This document shows, in pieces, positions 28,931 to 38,034 of a stretch of DNA of 64,000 nt. The notes below the pieces were generated by a model, which saw nothing but the letters and a program-made list of their open reading frames with translations, made no database searches and was not told the DNA's origin. Source of the DNA: an uncultured cyanobacterium (lineage in GTDB: Bacteria > Cyanobacteriota > Cyanobacteriia > Pseudanabaenales > Pseudanabaenaceae). Both the position numbers and the translations under genes were made by a program. Position 1 is the first letter of the stretch. Every line of letters starts with the position of its first letter. The DNA lies in NCBI GenBank assembly GCA_963703315.1, contig OY969811.1, positions 352,001 through 416,000 of the forward strand. Reading direction: 5' to 3'.

Positions 28931-31900
28931 GTTTCCTACTCTATAGGGGACGCGATCAATTGGAAACAATGGTTGGTAAGTAGACTGTGTGATAGTAGAC
29001 AATCTCCTATACGCTAGGAGATGCGATCAATTGGAAACGCAAAGGTAAAGGTTGCTAATGTTGCGGGTGCTGATCTCCTACTCGCTAGGGGACGCGATCA
29101 ATTGGAAACCCAACTTTAAACACTTGGACATTTTCCAATGTAGCGATTCTCCTACTCGCTAGGGGACGCGATCAATTGGAAACCAGATGACATCATCTGA
29201 ACCAAATCTTCATCAAAGAACTTATCTCCTACTCGCTGGGGGACGCGATCGATTGGAAACATAAAAGCAAGGGCAGCAGCAATCAAAGCAGGCATATTTG
29301 TTCTCCTACTCGCTAGGGGACGCGATCAATTGGAAACCACTGTTTAGGCTGCCTAGCATCACATACACCTCGTTTTCCCTACTCGTTAGGGGACGCGATC
29401 AATTGGAAACGTAAATTCTTCCAACGTTTGACCGAACTTGTCGTCAATCCCCTACTCGCTAGGGGATGCGATCGATTGGAAACCTAATCTCACGATGCTC
29501 TACCGCTTCAAATAAGCAGTTTTCCCCTACTCGCTAGGGGACGCGATCAATTGGAAACCCCTGCGATTGATGGATAGTCAGCGCGAAAGCATATCGCATC
29601 CCCTACTCGCTAGGGGACGCGATCAATTGAAAACTCAATAATCAAAGTCTTTTAGTGATGAGTGAGATTGTTCCCCTACTTGCTAGGGGACGCGATCGAT
29701 TGGAAACGACATGTAATCATGTCCTGCTTTATACTTTTTATGATCTCCTACTCGCTAGGGGACGCGATCGATTGGAAAAACGGCTATACATTGCTCTGCA
29801 TGGTTCATGATAGGAATCTCCTACTCGCTAGGGGGCGCGATCGATTGGAAACTACCATAATGGCTTGGCTCCGTATTTGTGTGTCATTTCCCCTACTCGC
29901 TAGGGGATGCGATCAATTGGAAATGCTCCTCACTTCTGATGTTCCCAGACGTAAAACCAATCTCCTACTCGCTAGGGGACGCGATCAATTGGAAACAGCC
30001 ACGCTAGGGAATCTGGTTTTGTTGTGCCTTTTGGTCTCTCCTACTCGCTAGGGGTCGCGATCAATTGGAAACCCGCCTATTACTCGACGAATAACATTTG
30101 TCGCAACAAAAAAGTTCCCTACACGCTAGGGAACGCGATCAATTGGAAACACGTAGCCCTGTATGATGTTTGTGATTACTGGGTCATTAATCCCCTACTC
30201 GCTAGGGGATGCGATCGATTGGAAACTGACAACGCTTAATCGCTTGGTATGTCTGCTCAAAACTATTCTCCTACTTGTAAGGGGACGTGATCAATTGGAA
30301 ACTGAAACCAAGTGAGAGTGATGCTTTATGATGGTTTGTCTCCTACTCGCTAGGGGATGCGATCGATTGGAAACTGATGAGCTACCCGATCTTGGCTGTA
30401 AAAATCACCCTTCTCCTACTCGCTAGGAGACGAGATCGATTGGAAATGTCAGGTACTTGCCCGAGGAAGTCACCTTACCCTTGTCTCCTACTCGCGAGGG
30501 GACGCGATCGATTGGAAATGTCCAACAGAGAAAAGTAAAGTAAAGTTCGGATACATCTCCTACTCGTTAGGGGACGCGATCGATTGGAAATTGAACTTCA
30601 ACCATGTCGCACTCAACCCAAGCGCAAACCGATTTGTCTCCTACTCGCTAGGGGACGCGATCGATTGGAAACATCTCACCGTGCTTGCGACACCATTCCG
30701 AGAGTTGATCCCCTACTCGCTAGGGGACGCGATCGATTGGAAACAACTGAGCTTTTAGAAATACAATGTCGTTGATCGATATTCTCCTACTCGCTAGGGG
30801 ATGCGATCGATTGGAAACTGAGGATTATATCTTTCTTCAGTATCAGTTTCTTCAATCTCCTACTCGCTAGGGGATGCGATCGATTGGAAACCGATCAACC
30901 GCGATCGCCTCCTGAGTCCGACGGGCTTCTCCTACTCGTTAGGGGACGCGATCGATTGGAAACACTTTGCTGTATAGGGAATAGGTGAGAAAGCTGTAAA
31001 TCCCCTACTCGCTAGGGGACGCGATCAATTGGAAACGCATACTTGTCTAGGATCGGTGGGATGTATTTCCAAGTCTCCTACTCGCTAGGGGACGCGATCG
31101 ATTGGAAACGCATGACGGCTTTACGATTCGATAAAGTCTTTTCGTTCTCCTACTCGCTAGGGGACGCGATCGATTGGAAACGTTTTTATAATGTCTGAAT
31201 GTCTATGAGTCATTTTTTATCCCCTACTCGCTAGGGGACGAGATCGATTGGAAACCCCGCAAAGTTAATCCACTGAAATCACTCAATTTTGTTTCCTACT
31301 CGTTAGGGGACGCGATCGATTGGAAACCCTTTGGTTGTGAAAACTGCATTTCGTGACGTGGTCTCCCCTACTCGCTAGGGGACGCGATCGATTGGAAACC
31401 GATCTAGCCATGATTGTTTGATCACAAACTCGCAAATCTCCTACACGCTAGGGGACGCGATCGATTGGAAACACCCATTGGAGCAGCGCTTTAAATGTGT
31501 CGAGATCTTTCTCCTACTCGCTAGGGGACGCGATCGATTGGAAACTGTTCAGCCTTGTAAGCCCAAGCAGTAAGCTTGTTTCTCCTACTTGCTAGGGGAC
31601 GTGATCAATTGGAAACTACTTAGTTTCAAGCGCCTTGCCTGTGCGGGTGATTTTTCTCCTACTCGCTAGGGGACGCGATCGATTGGAAACGGTGGATTTG
31701 AGTAACGTAATAATAGAATAGTTTCCAACTTAGTCTCCTACTCGCTAGGGGACGCGATCGATTGGAAACTTGATCTCGATAATACGGTCGATCCCGTCAA
31801 TAGAAGTCTCCTACTCGTTAGGGGACGCGATCGATTGGAAACCCCTCGGCATCAAGGGTACTGAATCCGTAGACATCACTCTCCTACTCGCTAGGGGACG

Positions 31901-33073
31901 CGATCGATTGGAAACTTTGCTTGAGTTGTAGCGGTCAAATAATCGGTATTATCCCCTACTCGCTAGGGGACGCGATCGATTGGAAACCCGTCTCTCCCAG
32001 CGCGAATGCAGTCATTGACTTCTGGTAATCCCCTACTCGCTAGGGGACGCGATCGATTGAAAACCATGATTTCACCTGTAGTTTTTTAATTTCTTTCTCT
32101 TCTCCTACTTGCTAGGGGACGCGATCAATTGGAAACTCCTGACGGGTATCGTTTTGAAGCTTCCACAACCATAATCTCCTACTCGCTAGGGGACGTGATC
32201 GATTGGAAACGGTAAATTGCGGTGTAAACCGATAGAGAGAAATGTCATCCCCTACTCGCTAGGGGACGCGATCGATTGAAAACCATGATTTCACCTGTAG
32301 TTTTTTAATTTCTTTCTCTTCTCCTACTTGCTAGGGGACGCGATCAATTGGAAACAATGTGTACAAAACCATGTTTTCACCATTACCTAATTCCCTACAC
32401 GCTAGGGGGTGCGATCAATTGGAAACACTAGAACGATTGGATCGGATGTGCCAATTATTAATCTCCTACTCGTTAGGGGACGCGATCGATTGGAAACATC
32501 CATGTCCATGCTTCTTGAGTCTGGAAATTATCCTCTCCTACTCGCTAGGGGATGCGATCGATTGGAAACTTCGCAATATCCTTAATGGGGTTCGTTGCCT
32601 CTGTAGTGGTCTCCTACTCGCTAGGGGACGCGATCGATTGAAAACCACTTCACTGGATAAAGTTGCGATCGCGTTGGTTATTTCTCCTACTCGCTAGGGG
32701 ATGCGATCGATTGGAAACTGCAACTTCATGACATCAGGATCGTATTGCTGATCTCCCCTACTCGCTAGGGGACGCGATCAATTGAAAACTGACAACGCTT
32801 AATCGCTTGGTATGTTTGCTCAAAACTATTCTCCTACTCGCTAGGGGACGCGATCGATTGGAAACATAGGAGTATCAACTACAGGAGTATCAACTACAGG
32901 AGTTCCCTACTCGTTAGGGGGCGCGATCGATTGGAAACATATCGGAAACACTCGTAAAAACCATGTATCCTTGCTCTCCTACTCGCTAGGGGACGCGATC
33001 GCTTGGAAACATCTCAAGCCATTGCTCAACTTCTTTATTTTCGTTAAAATACTCCTACTCGCTAGGCGATCGC
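28931..33073 (+). CRISPR. CRISPR array, about 56 full repeats plus 1 truncated, about 56 spacers of roughly 34-45 nt
   Basis: Consensus TCTCCTACTCGCTAGGGGACGCGATCGATTGGAAAC (36 nt); hairpin YCCTA-5nt-TAGGG; + orientation from the 3' GAAAC, G:U pairing valid only on +, and a downstream terminator; counted by eye. Confidence 0.98.
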
Positions 33074-33114
33074 TACTTATCAACCTTAAATTCAATCATA
33101 GATTAAAAACTAAA

Positions 33115-33531
33115 ATGCCAGCAAGAGATATCTATCACGATCAATGTAAAAACGCTCTAATTGCAGATGGTTGGACGATTACTCACGATCCCTTGTCGTT
33201 GAAAATTGGGAAGAAGGATATGTTTGTGGATATAGGTGCGGAGAAGTTTTTGGCGGCAGAAAAACATGGGCAGAAAGTGGCGATTGAGATCAAGAGTTTT
33301 GTGGGCAATTCAGAACTTGAAGACCTCAAAAATGCAATCGGTCAGTATGTTTTATATCAAAATGTTTTAGAATTGACTGAGCCAGATCGTAAGCTGTATC
33401 TGGGAGTACGTGAGCCTGTGTTTCATGAGTTGTTTGAAGAACCGATTGGTAAACTTTTGTTAGATAAAGGTATTGTCAATCTTCTTGTTTTTAATTCTGA
33501 ACGTGAGGTGGTAGTGAAGTGGATAAATTAG
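33115..33531 (+). CDS. xisH: XisH family protein
   Basis: MPARDIYH..KNALIADGWTITHDPL, IEIKSF, AIGQY; the longer ORF start lies inside the array. Confidence 0.92.
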   Translation: MPARDIYHDQCKNALIADGWTITHDPLSLKIGKKDMFVDIGAEKFLAAEKHGQKVAIEIKSFVGNSELEDLKNAIGQYVLYQNVLELTEPDRKLYLGVREPVFHELFEEPIGKLLLDKGIVNLLVFNSEREVVVKWIN

Positions 33532-33857
33532 TGGATTATCGGCAGATTATTTGTGATGTTTTGAGTCAATATTTGGATATTGATTATGCGAATGTTGATG
33601 CGAAGAATAAGGCTGCGTTTGATCGGGAGACCGATCAGTACATGATTGTTTCGGTCGGCTGGGATCGCGATAAGCGGCGGGTACATGGCTGCCTTGTCCA
33701 TGTGGAAATTATGGATGGGTTGGTGTGGGTGCAGAGGGATGGTACGGAATATGGTGTGACTAATGATTTGGTCGAAGCTGGTATTCCTAAATCAGATATT
33801 GTGTTAGGGTTTCATCAGCCTGACGTGAGGCAATATACAGGTTTTGCAGTGGCTTAA
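33519..33857 (+). CDS. xisI: XisI family protein
   Basis: WVQRDGTEYGV..DLVEAGIPKSDIVLGF, overlapping xisH. Confidence 0.92.
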   Translation: MDKLVDYRQIICDVLSQYLDIDYANVDAKNKAAFDRETDQYMIVSVGWDRDKRRVHGCLVHVEIMDGLVWVQRDGTEYGVTNDLVEAGIPKSDIVLGFHQPDVRQYTGFAVA

Positions 33858-33863
33858 GTATGT

Positions 33864-33954
33864 ATCCCCTGCTCACTAGGGAACGCGATCGCCTCAAAAA
33901 AAGCAGCCCGTCAAACAGGCTGCTTTTTTGTTTGCTTACTCACTCGAACAGGCG
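33864..33954 (+). repeat. Decayed CRISPR repeat ending in HIP1, plus terminator module (copy 1)
   Basis: ATCCCCTGCTCACTAGGGAACGCGATCGC then AAAAAAAGCAGCC...GGCTGCTTTTTT then TTACTCACTCGAACAGGCG. Confidence 0.8.
33896..33929 (+). terminator. Intrinsic terminator
   Basis: AAGCAGCC-cgtcaaaca-GGCTGCTT followed by a T tract. Confidence 0.75.
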
Positions 33955-34024
33955 GATGAGCTATCATTATGATCAGCAATTACGAATTTAGATCTTACTT
34001 CTTAATTTTGAGAGACAAGTAATT

Positions 34025-34684
34025 ATGGTTGCAATAGTTGAGAAAGAAAAGACTTTAAACCAGAGCATTATTCTGAATGGATGGAAAACAGCAACTTGGG
34101 AAGACTTTTTGGAAATATCTCAAGCAAAAAACAACGATAAGGCGAAATTTTACTATTTTCAAGGGAGTTACTACAGCGAAATGGGAGTTGGAGCAGATCA
34201 TGCTTTTGATAATGATTTGATTGGTTTTTTAGTAAACCTTTACTGCATGATGTGCAAAATTCCTATCAAAGGCTATACAAACTGTAGTTATCGCAAAATG
34301 GGAATACGCGAATGTCAGCCAGATATTTCTTATTATGTTGGCGATCGCACTCAGAACGCACCTCAAAGTAGCGCGATCGTCGATCTTGATGAGAGTTTAC
34401 CCCCTGATATTGTGATTGAGATTGCCGATACCTCCTTGGGCTACGATCTCGGCGCAAAGCGCTTGCTATACGAAGAAGTGCGCGTCGGTGAATATTGGGT
34501 AATCGATGTCCAGAATATGAAAATCACCGCGTTCCGTATTTTGCAGGGTTTAGGAAGCGAAAGGGTTACAGAATCCTCTGTATTAGGAGGATTACAATTG
34601 AGTTTATTAGAGGAAGCTTTGCAACGTAGCCGTGAAATAGATAATTCCCAAATTGGTTCTTGGTTTATGGATCAGTTAGGTTAG
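34025..34684 (+). CDS. Uma2 family endonuclease (DUF820)
   Basis: QPDISYY, PPDIVIEIA.TS..YDLG.KR.LY...EYWVID. Confidence 0.9.
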   Translation: MVAIVEKEKTLNQSIILNGWKTATWEDFLEISQAKNNDKAKFYYFQGSYYSEMGVGADHAFDNDLIGFLVNLYCMMCKIPIKGYTNCSYRKMGIRECQPDISYYVGDRTQNAPQSSAIVDLDESLPPDIVIEIADTSLGYDLGAKRLLYEEVRVGEYWVIDVQNMKITAFRILQGLGSERVTESSVLGGLQLSLLEEALQRSREIDNSQIGSWFMDQLG

Positions 34685-34694
34685 AGAGATGGAT

Positions 34695-34813
34695 TTTCCC
34701 TGATTGCTATTAATTTGTTGCGCCTAATTGCTAGGGAACGCGATCGCCTCATAAAAAAGCATTCCATCAAACAGGCTGCTTTTTTGTTGATTGATTACTC
34801 ACTCGAACAGGCG
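34695..34813 (+). repeat. Decayed CRISPR repeat ending in HIP1, plus terminator module (copy 2)
   Basis: TTCCCTGATTGCTA [24-nt insert ending ATTGCTA] GGGAACGCGATCGC-CTCATAAAAAAGC...CAAACAGGCTGCTTTTTTG...TTACTCACTCGAACAGGCG. Confidence 0.75.
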
Positions 34814-34875
34814 ATCGGCTGAAAAGTACCATCCAAAATCTCTGATAAAATATAGCTGATGATCGCGGTAGGCAA

Positions 34876-35019
34876 ACTGCAAATGATGACGGTCTGACTA
34901 CTTTGAAAGATTTAGATGTTTCTGATTATCTCGGTCTAACTGGCTTGGGACTAGCGATCGCCCAAGAATTTAGCTTCTGGGCTACGGCTGTTTATTATGA
35001 TGTATCAGGAGAGGATTGA
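34876..35019 (+). pseudogene. 3' remnant of a second Cmr5-like small-subunit gene
   Basis: Translates ANDDGLTTLKDLDVSDYLGLTGLGLAIAQEFSFWATAVYYDVSGED*; in-frame stop upstream and no start; family assignment from memory. Confidence 0.55.
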
Positions 35020-35021
35020 TT

Positions 35022-35264
35022 ATGAAATTAGAGCGAATTACTTGCAACCCTAAGATTATGAATGGACAACCCTGCATTCGTAATATGAGGCTAACTGTAC
35101 GGCGTGTTCTTGAAGTTTTGGCGATCTATCCCGATCGCTTAGAGTTAAGGCAGGAGTTTCCTGAGTTAGAAGATGAAGATATTCGGCAAGCTTTACTTTT
35201 TACTTCTAGCTATTTGGCTGACAAAATTATCGAGTTGCGTATAAGTGATGAAACTGCTGCTTGA
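35022..35264 (+). CDS. DUF433 protein (putative antitoxin)
   Basis: RITCNPKIMNGQPCIRNMRLTV...EFPELEDEDIRQAL. Confidence 0.9.
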   Translation: MKLERITCNPKIMNGQPCIRNMRLTVRRVLEVLAIYPDRLELRQEFPELEDEDIRQALLFTSSYLADKIIELRISDETAA

Positions 35265-35616
35265 TCAGGGTTTGCCGCGTTCTGCTGCAATGTTATTGCG
35301 AGAATGTGGGTATGAGTCGTTTCATGTGGCAGATTTAGGGTTATCGGCATCGGCAGATGAAGAGATTCTAAACTGGGCGAGTCAAGAAAATTTTACTGTG
35401 GTTACGCTTGATGCTGATTTTCATGCTCTATTAGCTTTGTCAGCAGCAGATAAACCTTCTGTGATTCGGATTCGGATTGAAGGTTTGAAGGCTATACCTC
35501 TGCTGAAAATACTACAAACTGTAATCAAAAATTGTGAGACAGAAATTTTGTCTGGTGTAGCAATTACTGTAGATTCCAATCGTATTCGCGTTCGCAATTT
35601 ACCATTGTTGCCATAG
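35248..35616 (+). CDS. DUF5615 PIN-like protein (putative toxin)
   Basis: MKLLLDQGLP, ADEEIL.WA, VVTLDADF; overlaps the DUF433 gene. Confidence 0.88.
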   Translation: MKLLLDQGLPRSAAMLLRECGYESFHVADLGLSASADEEILNWASQENFTVVTLDADFHALLALSAADKPSVIRIRIEGLKAIPLLKILQTVIKNCETEILSGVAITVDSNRIRVRNLPLLP

Positions 35617-35651
35617 TTATTTGATAAATGTGTATCAGGAGATGATTAATT

Positions 35652-36293
35652 ATGAGCGTTACTGTTCCGATCAAATCGATTGATCTACGACATGGTAGTG
35701 CGATCGCCATACATTCCCTGAGTTGGCGCGATTGTGAAGACATCCTGAATGAATTAGGTGAAGATCGCCATACTCGCATTGCATACTACCAAGGCACTTT
35801 AGAAATTATGTCTCCATTAGCAAGGCATGAGCGCCCCCATCGCCTCGCGGGTTATATTGTGACCACAATTTTAGACGCGCAAGGGAGAGATTGGGAAGAT
35901 TTTGGCTCAACTACCTTTTATCGAAAAGGAAGTGCTGGTGTGGAACCTGATACTTGTCTCTATGTGACTAATTCAGCTTTAGTGCGTGATTGTCAAGAGC
36001 GTATCGATGTCGATATTTATCCGCCACCTGACTTGGCGATTGAGTCGGATGTCACTTCTAAGACTTTGTTATCTGCTTACGAAGCGATCGCCGTGCCTGA
36101 AGTTTGGATTTATCGTAATGATAGCTTGAAGATATTTTTACTAACCGATGGACATTATCTAGAGTCAGAGAATAGTCTGCTTTTTCCAGATATACCAATC
36201 AAGACGCTGATTCCACAGCTTGTAAATCAAGCGATCGCGATCGGAACAAGCGCCATGTTAAGAGAGTTTCGCAAATCTCTAATAGGAGTATGA
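35652..36293 (+). CDS. Uma2 family endonuclease
   Basis: LEIMSP...HE, GVEPDTCLY, PPPDLAIESD, VPEVWIY. Confidence 0.9.
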   Translation: MSVTVPIKSIDLRHGSAIAIHSLSWRDCEDILNELGEDRHTRIAYYQGTLEIMSPLARHERPHRLAGYIVTTILDAQGRDWEDFGSTTFYRKGSAGVEPDTCLYVTNSALVRDCQERIDVDIYPPPDLAIESDVTSKTLLSAYEAIAVPEVWIYRNDSLKIFLLTDGHYLESENSLLFPDIPIKTLIPQLVNQAIAIGTSAMLREFRKSLIGV

Positions 36294-36296
36294 AAA

Positions 36297-36878
36297 ATGA
36301 CCACAGTGATTCAAGCGCCAGTGATAGAGACAGTTACAGCGCAGCAAATGACATTGGCGGAATTTTTAGCAAGCTCTGAGTCGGATCAGAATTATGAATT
36401 TATCGATGGTCAAGCGGTGAAAAAAATGTCTCCAAAGAGATTTCATGCTGCCCTTCAGGGTGTTTTGTATCGGTACTTGGGTGATTTGTTTGAGGGTAAA
36501 GGTTATGTTTATCCTGAATGGGGGATAGTGCTAACACGCAACGATCAAGATTGGTGTCCCGTGCCTGACTTGACCTATATTTCGATAGAACGATTGCCTA
36601 GTGATGTCGGTAATGAAATCTGTCCAGTACCGCCTGAGTTAGTAATTGAGATTATGTCAGAAGGACAGACTTTTAAGGAATTTGTGGCGAAGGCAGGTGA
36701 TTATTTGAAGGCTGGGATATTGCGAGTATGGGTTATCGATCCGATGAGAAGATCTTTGACAGTGTTCTATCCCGATCGCCCACCTGAAACTTATCAAGGC
36801 GATCGCCTATTAACCGATGAGTTATTCCCAGATTTGGCAGTGACATCAGAGCAGTTTTTTGTAAAAGCAGGAATTTAA
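36297..36878 (+). CDS. Uma2 family endonuclease
   Basis: YEFIDG, PVPDLTY, PPELVIEIMS, YLKAG..RVWVIDP. Confidence 0.9.
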   Translation: MTTVIQAPVIETVTAQQMTLAEFLASSESDQNYEFIDGQAVKKMSPKRFHAALQGVLYRYLGDLFEGKGYVYPEWGIVLTRNDQDWCPVPDLTYISIERLPSDVGNEICPVPPELVIEIMSEGQTFKEFVAKAGDYLKAGILRVWVIDPMRRSLTVFYPDRPPETYQGDRLLTDELFPDLAVTSEQFFVKAGI

Positions 36879-36897
36879 AAATTAGAGACAAGTAATT

Positions 36898-37172
36898 ATG
36901 GTTGCAATAGTTGAGAAAGAAAAAGTTTTAAGTCAAAGCTTTATTCCAAACGGATAGACAACAGCAACTTGGGAAGACTTTTTAGAAATATCTCAAACAA
37001 CAAGCAACGATAAAGCGAAGTTCTATTATTATCAAGGGCAATACTACAGCGAGAATTTTTTAAGTGCAGAACATGGAGCGAACCATTACCTAACAAGTTT
37101 TTTAGTAAACCTTTACTGCATGATGCTCAAAATTCCTCTTAGATGTCCAGCACATGAAAATCACCGCGTTCC
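36898..37172 (+). pseudogene. Degraded duplicate of the Uma2 gene at 34025
   Basis: Same upstream AGAGACAAGTAATTATGGTTGCAATAGTTGAGAAAG; TGG->TAG stop at codon 20; internal deletion joining to GATGTCCAG..ATGAAAATCACCGCGTTCC. Confidence 0.85.
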
Positions 37173-37261
37173 TTTTGCTCTTTTGCTTAACAAAGCAGGA
37201 CAAAGCACTGTAAGATAACAACTACACATCGGGGCATCCCATCTATGCCTGACTTTTTGCC

Positions 37262-38023
37262 ATGACGATCGCCATGACACGCAATGACGACTTAACTATC
37301 TTAGATCTTGAAGCATCTCCTCTCAGTCCATTGGATTTGCCGCCCGAAGAGGAAATGCCTCTTCCCGATCCTGATGAAATGTTAGCTCTTCTTAACTCAG
37401 AGACCATACTAGAGAGAATGCAAGCCGCTAGAGCTTTTTGTGAATTAGAGGATGAGCGAGCCATCCCCCGCTTAATTGACCTGTTGCAAGATGAATGTCC
37501 TCTGGTGCGGGTCAGCGCTGCTTATGCCTTGGGACGCAATAAAAGTGAACAGGCGATCGCCCCATTAATTAGTCAGCTTAGCCAAGATTGGAATGGCTAT
37601 GTGCGGAAGGGGATCGTCTGGGCATTAGGAACCTGTCGTGCTACCTTGGGTCTAAGACCATTAATTTCTGCTCTCAAATATGACATTACGGCAGTGCGGC
37701 TATGGGCAGCAAGTGCATTGGGACAGTTAGGGGATCTCGAAGCGATCGCGCCTTTAGTTGATGCTTTAACCGACGATCCGATGTCCGCAGTGCGGGGTAA
37801 CTGTGCATGGTCACTGGGTAAGCTGATCGTCCAGAAGCGTCGCGAATTTGATACTCAAGATGAGGTTTATCATGACGCAGTGGATGCGCTGATTAATGCC
37901 CTGAGTGATGATGACTTGAGTGTACAGACTGATGCTAGAAATGCCTTGCGGAAGCTCGGTGATCCGCGTGGGTTAAAAGTATTGGATCGGATTGAAATGG
38001 ATCAAGGCTATTGTGAGTTTTGA
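37262..38023 (+). CDS. HEAT-repeat (PBS lyase HEAT-like) protein
   Basis: Repeated LVRVSAAYALG / YVRKGIVWALG / AVRLWAASALG units. Confidence 0.88.
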   Translation: MTIAMTRNDDLTILDLEASPLSPLDLPPEEEMPLPDPDEMLALLNSETILERMQAARAFCELEDERAIPRLIDLLQDECPLVRVSAAYALGRNKSEQAIAPLISQLSQDWNGYVRKGIVWALGTCRATLGLRPLISALKYDITAVRLWAASALGQLGDLEAIAPLVDALTDDPMSAVRGNCAWSLGKLIVQKRREFDTQDEVYHDAVDALINALSDDDLSVQTDARNALRKLGDPRGLKVLDRIEMDQGYCEF

Positions 38024-38034
38024 AAAATTGAGTT

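Noticed and set aside
29662..33114. ORFs within the CRISPR array and the N-terminal extension of xisH
   Set aside because: They are translations of repeat-spacer units (SYSLGDAIDWK, LLARGRDRLET) with no evidence of being genes.
33115..33857. xisH/xisI as evidence of an fdxN excision element
   Set aside because: No XisF-type recombinase or interrupted target gene; the pair is commonly found stand-alone.
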